Below are positions 49,416 to 58,570 of a stretch of DNA of 64,000 nucleotides, piece by piece; positions within the stretch are counted from its first letter, which is position 1; each line of letters opens with the position of its first letter. The notes below the pieces were generated by a model. That model made no database searches, had not been told where the DNA came from, and worked only from the letters and a program-made list of their open reading frames with translations. Source of the DNA: a virus (Duplodnaviria; Caudoviricetes); the IMG/VR virus record IMGVR_UViG_3300024249_000006, positions 2,880 through 66,879 of that record. One strand, given 5' to 3'. A program made the position numbers and the translations under genes.

Positions 49416-50321
49416 TCAATCGGCCGCGACATAGTTGTTGCGGAGCAGGCCGCGATGGATCTGCAGCACCGGCGCGGCGCTTTGCAACCGCACATGAAAC
49501 AACGGCGGCGCGTGCGGTCCGATGATGCTGTAGTAGTCCTCACCTTCGGATCGAATGATACCGAGCTTCACATCGCCTGATGCCGTTGTGACGATGCATT
49601 CACGCTCGTTTACACTAAGCGGCAAGATCGGCCCCTGGTCTCGCGCGACAATGACCACATCGCCACGGAAATACGTCGGATAGAGTGAATCACAGGTCAC
49701 CTCGAACGCGACCAGTGTTGGCCTCGGAGCCCCGTTTACTTGGCGCGCTGACATCCCTGTTGGGATTGCCACCCGGCGCACATCCTCCCCTGTTTGCATG
49801 GTTCGTATGTTCCCACCGGCTTCTATCTGGCCGACTATATCTACCAAAGTCTCGCCCGGTAAATCATCGCCAAACAAAATGAAACCTGCAGGCACATTGA
49901 AGAAGCGTGCATAGAGTTCAGCTGCTTGACGCGTGATCTCGCGCAACCCTTTCTCATGGTGTGTCATTGTCACCGGGTTGACACCGATCATTCTGGCAGT
50001 AGGAGCCAGCTTCACAAACCCGCGATCCTCACGCAGCTGCCGCAACCGATCACCGCGCGTCGCTGCAGGCCCCACAACAGTGCTTCGCTTGCGCGATGTT
50101 GTCTTCATGCTCGGTCCATCGAGCAGAAAGTCGAGCGTCACGCCGTAGAATTTCGCGTAGCGTAAGACCGCCTCCTCACCGACATGGCGCCGGTCGTTTT
50201 CGTGCCTGCTGATCACCGCGGCATTGATGCCGAGCGCGTTCGCAACATCCTGCTGCTCGAGCCCGAGACCGATGCGCACGGTGCGCAGTCGATTGCCGAT
50301 CGTGGTTCGCTCTTCGACCAT
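49416..50321 (-). CDS. CI-like repressor with two tandem XRE-HTH domains and C-terminal S24-like domain
   Basis: IGNRLRTVR..QQDVANALGINAAVISRHE and GDRLRQLRE..TARMIGVNPVTMTHHE; FEVTCDSLYPTYFRGDVVIV; divergent from cro. Confidence 0.85.
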   Translation of the reverse strand: MVEERTTIGNRLRTVRIGLGLEQQDVANALGINAAVISRHENDRRHVGEEAVLRYAKFYGVTLDFLLDGPSMKTTSRKRSTVVGPAATRGDRLRQLREDRGFVKLAPTARMIGVNPVTMTHHEKGLREITRQAAELYARFFNVPAGFILFGDDLPGETLVDIVGQIEAGGNIRTMQTGEDVRRVAIPTGMSARQVNGAPRPTLVAFEVTCDSLYPTYFRGDVVIVARDQGPILPLSVNERECIVTTASGDVKLGIIRSEGEDYYSIIGPHAPPLFHVRLQSAAPVLQIHRGLLRNNYVAAD

Positions 50322-50361
50322 GGTGCTTGACCCTACCCCCTTCGCGGCGCAATCGTGCGCC

Positions 50362-50676
50362 ATGCAATCATTTGCCGAGCTGCTATCGCTCTGGCCATCA
50401 CTCGCGCGGATCGCCGCCGAGCTCGAAGTTCCGTACGACACGGTGATCGCGTGGAAGCGCCGCAACAGCGTGCCCTACGAGTACTGGACTGCACTCACGG
50501 CCTCCGCCCTGCAGAACAACCTCAAGGGCGTCACCATGGAGATCATGGCTGAGGCCGCCGAGGTGCTGCGGCGCGAACGACGCCAGCAGCGGCGCGTCAA
50601 GCGGCAAGGCAAGCCCAACCGTCATCGTCGGAACACCGGTGATGCCATCAGGATCGACGACTCCGTCGCACACTAA
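50362..50676 (+). CDS. Cro-like HTH protein
   Basis: SLARIAAELEVPYDTVIAWKRRNSVP; 40 bp from the repressor start. Confidence 0.8.
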   Translation: MQSFAELLSLWPSLARIAAELEVPYDTVIAWKRRNSVPYEYWTALTASALQNNLKGVTMEIMAEAAEVLRRERRQQRRVKRQGKPNRHRRNTGDAIRIDDSVAH

Positions 50677-50716
50677 CGACCGTGCATTCTGCACAGATTA
50701 CAGGGAACGGGAGGGG

Positions 50717-51368
50717 ACCGACAATGGCGCAGAGGTTGAAACGCGGTAATGGATCCGAGAGCACCGTCGGGATCGTGCCACCTGAGGTGGTGCTTGATGC
50801 ACGTCGCGAGATCACCTCATCCAAGACCGCGCTCGAGACGGCACAGACCAACCACCGCAACACCTGCAAGCGGTGGCAGAACCAGGGCGTGAACACCAAG
50901 GCGCTCATTGAGGTCATCCAGCTTCGCCGGAAAGAGCCCGAGGTCGTCGTCTCACACTTCAAGGATGTGTTCAGGTACGGGCGCATCGAGAAGGCCGAGT
51001 TCGCGATGCAGCCGGATCTGTTCGTGGTGCGCGACACCGAGGTGACCGGCAAGGCGCGCGCGCAGCACGAGGAGTTCGAGGCCGAGGAGGCGGGCTACAT
51101 CGCGGGCCGTCGCGGCTTCGGCCAGGACAGCGCACCTGGGGTGCAGGGCGAGAAGCAGAATGCGCTGTGGCTGAAGGGCTGGAAGCGCGGCCAGTCGCAC
51201 ATCGCCAAGCAGATGGGCAAGAACGCCCAGGTCGCCACGCGCGCCCCGCGCAAGGGCGGCAAGCCGGCGACCGGTACCACAACCGCCAACCCTGGCCGCC
51301 GGCGAGGTCGCCCTGCAGCTGCTCCGCCGCCCGCGGAAAGCGCGGAACCCAACCTGCCGCTGCATTGA
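50717..51368 (+). CDS. GapR/DUF2312-like protein with Rmf/CrpP-like C-terminal motif
   Basis: GVNTKALIEVIQLRRKEP (GapR-like); AGYIAGRRG..W.KGWKRG (Rmf-like); start approximate. Confidence 0.55.
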
Positions 51369-51377
51369 CCGCGCGCC

Positions 51378-51875
51378 GTGGTGGCGCGTGGGGGCGTGTT
51401 GTCGCTTGATCTCAGCAGCAACTGTGGCTGGGCATACGGCACACCGGATCTGAAGCTGCCAGCGGCCTGGGGCCTCTGGCTGCTCCCGCAGCGCTATCTC
51501 GGCGATCGACTGAACGCGTTCCGCAGCATCTTCGTCGATGCGGTGCTGCTCTATCAGCCCTCCATGGTGTTCAAGGAAGCACCGCTCGCGCACTTCACCG
51601 ACGATCCGCTGCCGGTCATCCGCCAGCAGTATGGCCTCGATGCCTACGTCGAGGGCGAGTGCGCCGAGCTCGGGATCCGCTGCTGCGAGAATGAGCCGTC
51701 GACCATCCGCCAGGAGGTGCTCGGCTGCGGGCAGTTCCCCAAGGGCACTGTGAAACGCGTGGTGATCCGATGGGCGCAGCAGCGCGGCATCGACACCCAG
51801 AACGACAACATTGCTGACGCCTGCTGCGGCTGGGAATTCGCCGTGCGCCACGTCGTGCGCCGAGAGCTGGTGTGA
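51378..51875 (+). CDS. RuvC-like Holliday junction resolvase
   Basis: LSLDLSSNCGWA, VFKEAP, NDNIADA. Confidence 0.8.
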   Translation: MVARGGVLSLDLSSNCGWAYGTPDLKLPAAWGLWLLPQRYLGDRLNAFRSIFVDAVLLYQPSMVFKEAPLAHFTDDPLPVIRQQYGLDAYVEGECAELGIRCCENEPSTIRQEVLGCGQFPKGTVKRVVIRWAQQRGIDTQNDNIADACCGWEFAVRHVVRRELV

Positions 51876-51914
51876 GTGAGCCGTGCCTACCCACCCAAAC
51901 AGGAGAACATCGTA

Positions 51915-52598
51915 ATGACAGTCGTTAAAGTGACCGGAGGCTATCTCCGGGTCGAGGGGGTCACGCCAGGGCATCCCGATCAGGGGCTGCCCGGCATCGA
52001 TGGCCCGGTCGATCCCGGCTATGGCGTCGGCATCGAGCATCCCGACCAGGGACTGCCGGGATACCCCGGCCGCCCGTCGCATCCGATCGCGCCTGGGGGA
52101 AGGCCCATCGATCCAGGCTGGGGCGTCGAGGGGCCGGTCGACCCGGGCTATGGCTGGCCGCTGCCGCCCGTGATTTCCCACCCGATCGTGCCGCCGTCGC
52201 CTGGAGAGCCGACGCACCCAATCGCGCCTGGTCGCCCAGTTCGTCCGTCGCACCCGATCGCGCGGCCGCCGACCTATCCGGTGGATCCTGACTACGGTCT
52301 GCCCTCGCCGCCGAGCGTGTGGCCACAGCCGCCGCGCCCAGTCGATCCTGGCTTCGGCGTTCCGCTGCCGATCGGCCCGGAGCATCCGATCTACCTGCCG
52401 CCTCCGGGCGTCGACAACACGTTGCCACTACCTCCAGGAGCCGTCTGGCCGCCGCTGCCTCCCAGCGTCACCGGTCAGGTGATGGCGCTCGTGTGGATCG
52501 TGGGCGTTGGCTACAGGTGGACGACGATCGACACCTCGCTGAAGCCGACGCATCCGATCACCCCGCCGTCGACGGTGCCGGAACCTACGCCGAAGTGA
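51915..52598 (+). CDS. Proline-rich repeat protein
   Basis: AGGAG RBS; HPDQGLPG, PVDPGYG, PSHPIA repeats; C-terminal VWIVGVGYRW. Confidence 0.8.
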   Translation: MTVVKVTGGYLRVEGVTPGHPDQGLPGIDGPVDPGYGVGIEHPDQGLPGYPGRPSHPIAPGGRPIDPGWGVEGPVDPGYGWPLPPVISHPIVPPSPGEPTHPIAPGRPVRPSHPIARPPTYPVDPDYGLPSPPSVWPQPPRPVDPGFGVPLPIGPEHPIYLPPPGVDNTLPLPPGAVWPPLPPSVTGQVMALVWIVGVGYRWTTIDTSLKPTHPITPPSTVPEPTPK

Positions 52599-52604
52599 CG
52601 CGGC

Positions 52605-53246
52605 TTGCAGCAGCGAGGGGGCAACCCCTCGCTGGTCTGCGGGGGAGGTTGTGCGATGGCGGTGCCGCATCTCATGCCGGTTGGCCTAACGGGCATTCCG
52701 CGCGCCGATGCGGAGATACACCGCACGATCGCGACCTTGCGCGTCGTTCAGTTCGATCAAGACCCGTTGTGGGACGCTGCGGACTCATTCCGAAAGTCGC
52801 TGATGAACTCAGCGGAAAAGCGAGAGGGCACGATCATCGAAGCCGCGATCAGGGATGCCATAGAGCAGACCTCGCACCTGCGCTTGGTGACAGTCGATCG
52901 ACGGTTGCCCCGTGTGCCCGACGTCCAGTTCGAGATCCGCGACAGCGGTTGGATCGTCGCGCTCGAGATCAAGCGCGGCTCGCACCATGACTCGACCAAG
53001 CTTCGGCAGTTCCGAGATGACCTCAAACAAATACCGCCGCTGCTGCGCACGGCGTTGCCGTTGTTCCCGGCCGAATGTGTGCATTTCCACATCGTGTTCA
53101 TCAGCGGCCAGCCGCCGTTGTCCGAGGGTCTGACGCTCGACGACCTCGGCAAGCTCTACGACCTGCATGCCCGGTCGCACATCCTGACGGCAAGGCAACG
53201 ATATTCCGGCGCCCTCAAAGCGATCATGCGGGAGCGCGGACTATGA
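52605..53246 (+). CDS. PD-(D/E)XK restriction-endonuclease-like protein
   Basis: PDVQF...ALEIKRG..HDSTK motif; start uncertain. Confidence 0.55.
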   Translation: MQQRGGNPSLVCGGGCAMAVPHLMPVGLTGIPRADAEIHRTIATLRVVQFDQDPLWDAADSFRKSLMNSAEKREGTIIEAAIRDAIEQTSHLRLVTVDRRLPRVPDVQFEIRDSGWIVALEIKRGSHHDSTKLRQFRDDLKQIPPLLRTALPLFPAECVHFHIVFISGQPPLSEGLTLDDLGKLYDLHARSHILTARQRYSGALKAIMRERGL

Positions 53247-53258
53247 CAGGAGGTTCCG

Positions 53259-54416
53259 ATGCCTGACGGCAGCCAAGGCCGCATCGTCATCGACAAGCCG
53301 CACCCGCTGTCAGGCCTGTTCCCACTGATGCAGGGCGCTGCCTACAAGGCCCTGGTCAACGACATTCGCATCAACGGGCAGCGCGAGGCGATCGTGCTGC
53401 ACGAGGGCATGGTCCTCGATGGCCGCAACCGGCAACGTGTCTGTCGAGAGCTTGGCCTGGAGCCGAAGACCAAGGCCTTCAAAGGCAAAGACCCGCTCGC
53501 TTATGTCATCAGTGCCAATCTGCACCGCCGACATCTGGATGAGAGCCAACGCTGCATGGTCGCGGCGCAAGTGGCGACGCTGGCGGGGAAGGGTCGGCCA
53601 GCGAAAAATGCGCCAATTGGCGCAATTACCCAGGACGATGCTGCGTCCATGCTCAATGTCAGTCGGCGCGGTGTGCAACGCGCCAAGATTGTCCGCGACA
53701 AGGGCTCACCCGAACTCATCGAGGCGGTGGAGCAGGGTGATATCGCCGTTTCCCTGGCCGCCAAGATCACAGAGCTGCCTCCCGCCAAGCAGCGCGACGT
53801 GGTGGCCGAACCGAAGACTGCGGTCGGTGCGGTCAAGAAACACCGGCGACAGCGCCGTGTCGAGGAGCTTGCGGAAAAGACCGAGCAAGCCTCGCAAAGT
53901 CTGGCCGGTGAACTCTACAGCGTGCTGTACGCCGATCCGCCTTGGCGCTTCGAGCCCTATTCACGCGACACCGGCATGGATCGCGCGGCCGACAACCATT
54001 ACCCGACGATGGGCGGGCAAGACATCAGGGAGCTACCGATCCCTGCGGCCGACGACGCGGTGTTGTTCCTGTGGGCGACGGTGCCGATGCTGCCAGATGC
54101 CGTCGCCGTCATGCAGGCGTGGGGCTTCGCCTACAAAAGTCACTTCGTCTGGATAAAGGACAAGGCCGGGACCGGCTACTGGAACCGTAACCAGCACGAG
54201 CTGCTGTTGATTGGCACGCGCGGCAAGATCCCCGCACCCGCCCCAGGCGAGCAATTCCCCTCGGTCATACCGGCGAAGGTCGGCAAGCACAGCGCTAAGC
54301 CAGAGCACTTCGCCGAGATGATCGAGGAGATGTTTCCCCAACTGCAGGCTGTCGAGTTGTTCGCACGCAAGCCGCGTCTAGGCTGGAAAGTGTGGGGCAA
54401 CGAGGCGCCCACATGA
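53259..54416 (+). CDS. ParB-like N-terminus fused to MT-A70 N6-adenine methyltransferase
   Basis: VLDGRNRQR..SANLHRRHL (ParB/Spo0J-like); YADPPW, LFLWAT, WGFAYK, HELLLIG, HSAKP, ELFAR. Confidence 0.9.
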   Translation: MPDGSQGRIVIDKPHPLSGLFPLMQGAAYKALVNDIRINGQREAIVLHEGMVLDGRNRQRVCRELGLEPKTKAFKGKDPLAYVISANLHRRHLDESQRCMVAAQVATLAGKGRPAKNAPIGAITQDDAASMLNVSRRGVQRAKIVRDKGSPELIEAVEQGDIAVSLAAKITELPPAKQRDVVAEPKTAVGAVKKHRRQRRVEELAEKTEQASQSLAGELYSVLYADPPWRFEPYSRDTGMDRAADNHYPTMGGQDIRELPIPAADDAVLFLWATVPMLPDAVAVMQAWGFAYKSHFVWIKDKAGTGYWNRNQHELLLIGTRGKIPAPAPGEQFPSVIPAKVGKHSAKPEHFAEMIEEMFPQLQAVELFARKPRLGWKVWGNEAPT

Positions 54417-54685
54417 AGCGCGGCACGTTCATCGCCGCCCTGGCAGGCCCGGCTCGTGTGTCGGGCCTCGTCCTCGCCCAGCCGCTCCGCATGAAGACGC
54501 TGATCTTGCGCGAGCGGCCGGGCGAGCTCGCCAGGATCCTGGCGCGCGAGACGACGCGCCCGCTGCAGCTGTTATGGCCTGACCGGACGCCGGCCGTGAC
54601 GGTGTTTGCTGATGTTGTTCGGGAAATGGGCGCCGCATCTGCCCTGAAACGAAACCGCCCCGCGTTAGCGCGCGGGGCGGGGTAG
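54413..54685 (+). CDS. Hypothetical protein
   Basis: ATGA overlap with the MT-A70 gene. Confidence 0.4.
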   Translation: MKRGTFIAALAGPARVSGLVLAQPLRMKTLILRERPGELARILARETTRPLQLLWPDRTPAVTVFADVVREMGAASALKRNRPALARGAG

Positions 54686-54839
54686 TGCTTTGCGGATCAC
54701 CCCACCTCACGACGTTCACGGATTGTCGCGAAATGTCCACAAGCCGAACAAGTGTGCATTTAGCAATCCGACCGGGTGATCCGCAAGGCCCTGACTGAGA
54801 GTCAAGCTCGATGTCACAGCAATTTTTCGGATCGCGGCT

Positions 54840-55595
54840 ATGAGCAACGCAGCGATCAACTGGGCCCGGCCCCTCACGCTCGCCCCGGTACGCAAGGCGG
54901 TGCTGCTCAACCTCGCAGAACGTGCCAATGCCCAGACCGGTCGGTGCTGGCCCTGCATGCGGACGATCGCGCGCGAGACGGGGTATTGCGTACGCGCCGT
55001 CCGCCTCGCCCTCCGCTACCTCGAGACGGCCGGGCTGATACGGACCCTGAGGCAGGTCGGCAGGAGGTCGATCTACTGGGTCACTTTCGGCGTCATGGTG
55101 CAGCCAGGCGCGCCCCTCCAGCTGGACCTCGATCTGCCGCAGACTGCGGCAGCTGATGCCGCACCACCCCGGAATCCAGTGCCGGGGATTCAACCCTCAA
55201 AGGATCAACCATCAGAGGAACCAGAGGAGAGCGCGCATGCGCGCGCGCCCGCGGATCCCCCCCCTTCTTCTCGATCAATTTTGCCCGAAGATTGGCGACC
55301 GAGCCCCCTCGACATCGCCTTCGCCTTGTCGTGCGGCCTCAACCCGGCAGCCATGGCCGACACCTTCGCCGACCACTACCGCGCCACCGGAGCATCACGC
55401 GCCGACTGGTCGGCCGTCTGGCGCAACTGGTGCCGGCGCGAACCATTGTTCAGCCGGAAGCGATCGAGCGGCGACAGGTTCGCCAGAAACGAGGCTGGCA
55501 GAAGCAGCGCTGCGGCCGATCTGCTGGCCCAGCTGGACGCTTACGAGGCCAATCCGGTTGACATGCCATTGCGCCTTGCACAGCTTGCGGCATGA
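54840..55595 (+). CDS. Phage replication initiator (HTH_36 plus DnaT-like C-terminus)
   Basis: KAVLLNLAERAN..CWPCMRTIARETG..VRLALRYLE..GLI; LPEDWRP; DWSAVWRNW. Confidence 0.85.
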   Translation: MSNAAINWARPLTLAPVRKAVLLNLAERANAQTGRCWPCMRTIARETGYCVRAVRLALRYLETAGLIRTLRQVGRRSIYWVTFGVMVQPGAPLQLDLDLPQTAAADAAPPRNPVPGIQPSKDQPSEEPEESAHARAPADPPPSSRSILPEDWRPSPLDIAFALSCGLNPAAMADTFADHYRATGASRADWSAVWRNWCRREPLFSRKRSSGDRFARNEAGRSSAAADLLAQLDAYEANPVDMPLRLAQLAA

Positions 55596-55596
55596 A

Positions 55597-56241
55597 ATGA
55601 GCATCCACGACGCCAACAAGGTCCGTGTCATCGTCCACTGGCTCGATGAGCTGGCGGTCACCGTGGCACAGCCGCGCGACACCGACTGGAAGGTCGTGCT
55701 GAAGACCTATTCCGACTTCCTCTACGTCGATTTCAACAGTGGCGCGTTCAACCGCGACAGCCTTCGTGTGGTTGCCAGCCAGAACGAATTCTTCCCGACC
55801 TATCGCACGCTGCACGAACAGCTGCATGCCTGGGTCAAGGAACACCTGCCGCCACTGCAGCCGATTGCGTTGCCTGCTCCACCGCCTCCGCCGCCTGAAG
55901 ATCCGTACACCTTCGACGACGTCCTGCGCATGCTCGAGCAGCTGCGCGACCACCCGAAGCGGACGCTGATGCTCGAGCTCTACCGCGCCCAGCTCGGCCG
56001 CAACTATCCAGCCGGCCTGCCGATGCTCGATGCCTTCGAAGCGGAGCTGCCGAAGATCTCGCTGGCAACGCCCGAGCAGCTGAGCGAGGAGGCACCGCCA
56101 CCGATCCCGGCCGCCACGCCGCGCTATCTGTCGACCGAGCAGCTGCTCGCCGCCTACGAAGCCCAAGGCCGCGGCGGTACCGTGCGCGCAGCGATGCTGC
56201 GGGAGCAGCTGCGCAAGCCCCGCCTCGTCAATGCCGACTGA
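55597..56241 (+). CDS. Replication-associated hypothetical (helicase-loader position)
   Basis: Directly follows the initiator; EFFPTY motif. Confidence 0.55.
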   Translation: MSIHDANKVRVIVHWLDELAVTVAQPRDTDWKVVLKTYSDFLYVDFNSGAFNRDSLRVVASQNEFFPTYRTLHEQLHAWVKEHLPPLQPIALPAPPPPPPEDPYTFDDVLRMLEQLRDHPKRTLMLELYRAQLGRNYPAGLPMLDAFEAELPKISLATPEQLSEEAPPPIPAATPRYLSTEQLLAAYEAQGRGGTVRAAMLREQLRKPRLVNAD

Positions 56242-57118
56242 GCGCATCGTCACGCTCCGGGCACGGCCATCAGGCCTCGCCGTCGGCATGGTGTTGGGCT
56301 CGCCCAAAGGCCGCGTGCTCTATCGCATCATCGAGGTCACCAAGCTGCGCCGCTATGGCGAGGTGCAATCACCGCGCATGCGCCTCGTGTGCCGCCGCCT
56401 GGGGCCAGGAGAGGCGCCTGACGGCGTCGAGGTGCTGCCCTGGCCGTCAGACCCCAAGAACCCGCGCAAGCCACGCCAGGGCCCCGTGGAACGGCTGCGC
56501 CGCTCTCCGCCCGAGATGGCGCTCCTGATAGCCGCAAGCAGGCGTGCTGACCGCCTGCAGCTCGAGGCCCGCCGCAAGGCCCGCAAGCGCCATCACCACG
56601 GTGGCGTCGATGTCGGCCCCTCGGTGCGTCTCGAGGCAATTATCGACTTCGACGGCAAGGTGATCCGCGAGGCTGACGTCAGCGTCGACACCGTACGGGA
56701 TCCCGCCCAGCCGCAGCGCATCATCCGCCGGGCGGTACGCGCGGATCCACTGCTCGCGTTGGAGCGTGCCGGTTCGATCACCGGCCGTGGGGCCGACGCT
56801 GCAGAGACGCTGCGGAGCTACCTGGAGGCGATGACGCCGGCACTGGGACAGAGCGGCGGCATGTCGGTGCACACGCCGCCCTTCCTGCGCGCACCGATCA
56901 GCAGCGTCAGCATAGACGCCTGCCGCACCACCCGGCGCGCCGCTGCAGCGCTCGGACCGCTGCACTGGGAAGCGGTGCTGTGGGTCTGCCTGGGCGGCAC
57001 CGTCAGCGGGTATGCGGGCTATCGCTGCATGCGCCTCGCGCTCGCCGGCGAGCTGGTGCGCGACGGCATAGCCAAGCTCGCCGATCACTTTGAAGGAGCA
57101 AGCGTATGCGCGCGTTGA
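56231..57118 (+). CDS. DUF6456-like late-gene regulator
   Basis: DPLLALERAGSIT..AAETLR..; C-terminal sigma-region-4-like HTH; position after replication genes. Confidence 0.6.
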   Translation: MPTERIVTLRARPSGLAVGMVLGSPKGRVLYRIIEVTKLRRYGEVQSPRMRLVCRRLGPGEAPDGVEVLPWPSDPKNPRKPRQGPVERLRRSPPEMALLIAASRRADRLQLEARRKARKRHHHGGVDVGPSVRLEAIIDFDGKVIREADVSVDTVRDPAQPQRIIRRAVRADPLLALERAGSITGRGADAAETLRSYLEAMTPALGQSGGMSVHTPPFLRAPISSVSIDACRTTRRAAAALGPLHWEAVLWVCLGGTVSGYAGYRCMRLALAGELVRDGIAKLADHFEGASVCAR

Positions 57119-57683
57119 TCATGTTGGTGAGCGACGATCTGCTGGGCCGCATCGAGCGCTGCGTAGCGCCCGAGCATCGCGTCCGCGCGCAACGCTCACT
57201 CACCGACACCCGGCTGGTCGAACTCATCGTCGAAGGGCCGATGCTGCCCGAGGTGGTCGAAGGACTGATCAAGCGCGGCGACATCGAGCTCACGATGCAC
57301 ACCGACGAAGACGACAGCGTGATCTGGCTGGAGGCCTGCTGGCGTATCTTTGAGCCCGGCGAGACCGTCAGGTCGGCGACCTGGGAGGTCGGCCGCTGGC
57401 AGTCGCTGCCCGAGATGATGGAATTCATGCGGTGACGCCGCCCACGTTCGCGAAGCTTGGTGTGACTGACGCACGCATCGCGGTGAACCTGCGGATCTTC
57501 CTCAACAGCGTGCCGCAGCATGGCGTGCTCGAGTACGACACCAAGGCTGGCTACCTCGTGCGCTACGCGATGGAGGTGCTGCCGGGGCGCACATATCCGC
57601 AGATCAAGATGCACGGCGATGAGGTGGTGACCGAGCGCGTCGAGGGCATCGTCGAAGTGCTGTGGCGGGACGAGCCCGTTTGA
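57106..57683 (+). CDS. Two hypothetical proteins (57106..57435; 57432..57683)
   Basis: Coupled overlaps. Confidence 0.5.
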
Positions 57684-58570
57684 ACCGTGGCGCCTACTAC
57701 AACGAAAGCAATCGATACTGCGCCGCGTGGCTCCGCAACCTCATCCGCGCAAGGCTCATTGCTCCTGGCGTTGTCGACGTTCGAGACGTGCGGGACGTGC
57801 GGCCAGCCGATCTCGATGGGTACCGACAGGTGCATCTGTTCGCCGGTATCGGGCTCTGGTCGTGCGCTCTCCGGATGGCTGGCTGGAGCGACGATCGCGC
57901 CGTCTGGACGGCCTCCTGCCCATGCCAACCTTTCAGCCAGGCGGGCGGTGGCGCTGGGGTATTTGACGATCGCCACCTCTGGCCAGCGGCTTTCTGGCTC
58001 ATCTCCCAGCACACGCCTCGCACAGTGTTTGGGGAGCAGGTTGCAAGCCCTGACGGCGTCGAGTGGCTCGACATTGTATCGGATGACCTGGGTGCATGCG
58101 GCTACGCCTGCGGGCCGGTGGATCTCCCGGTTGCGGGTGTCGGTGGTCCCAACATCCGACAACGGCTCTTCTGGGTGGCCGACGCCGACGGAGGGCGATG
58201 GGGACAGCAGCGGATCAAGGAGCTTGCCGGGCAGCAAAGCGCGCCCAGGTCTGAGCCTGACGGATGCAGCACTCCTGGCGGGCTGGGCGACACCGAGCGC
58301 GCGCGATTACCGGACACCGAACCACAAGACCTATGCGGAGCGGGACGGCGGTGCGAAAGGCGAGCAGTTGCAGAACCAAGTGGCACACTTGGTCCCTGGC
58401 GCGAGCTTGAATGGATCTATTGCCGCGACGGACGGCGGCGGCCTACTCAACCCGGAATTCAGCCGCTGGCTGCTCGGCGTCCCGGCGACGTGGCAAAGCT
58501 GCGCGCCTACGGGAACGCGGTCTCTCCGATCGCCGCGGCCGCGGTGATCAGGGCGTGGATGACGCTCTAA
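57680..58570 (+). CDS. C5-cytosine DNA methyltransferase, main polypeptide
   Basis: Motif I LFAGIG, IV PCQPFS, VI GEQV, VIII IRQRLFWV, X LRAYGNAV; no motif IX in this frame. Confidence 0.9.
   Translation: MNRGAYYNESNRYCAAWLRNLIRARLIAPGVVDVRDVRDVRPADLDGYRQVHLFAGIGLWSCALRMAGWSDDRAVWTASCPCQPFSQAGGGAGVFDDRHLWPAAFWLISQHTPRTVFGEQVASPDGVEWLDIVSDDLGACGYACGPVDLPVAGVGGPNIRQRLFWVADADGGRWGQQRIKELAGQQSAPRSEPDGCSTPGGLGDTERARLPDTEPQDLCGAGRRCERRAVAEPSGTLGPWRELEWIYCRDGRRRPTQPGIQPLAARRPGDVAKLRAYGNAVSPIAAAAVIRAWMTL
57687..58547 (+). CDS. Overlapping alternate-frame polypeptide carrying MTase motif IX
   Basis: Same strand, +1 frame; WPTP/WATP repeats and LNPEFSRWLLGVP..W; true start unknown. Confidence 0.65.
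   Translation: MAPTTTKAIDTAPRGSATSSAQGSLLLALSTFETCGTCGQPISMGTDRCICSPVSGSGRALSGWLAGATIAPSGRPPAHANLSARRAVALGYLTIATSGQRLSGSSPSTRLAQCLGSRLQALTASSGSTLYRMTWVHAATPAGRWISRLRVSVVPTSDNGSSGWPTPTEGDGDSSGSRSLPGSKARPGLSLTDAALLAGWATPSARDYRTPNHKTYAERDGGAKGEQLQNQVAHLVPGASLNGSIAATDGGGLLNPEFSRWLLGVPATWQSCAPTGTRSLRSPRPR

Noticed and set aside
50322-50465. Extended repressor start at 50465
   Set aside because: Would overlap the divergent cro gene; ATG at 50321 begins the first HTH.
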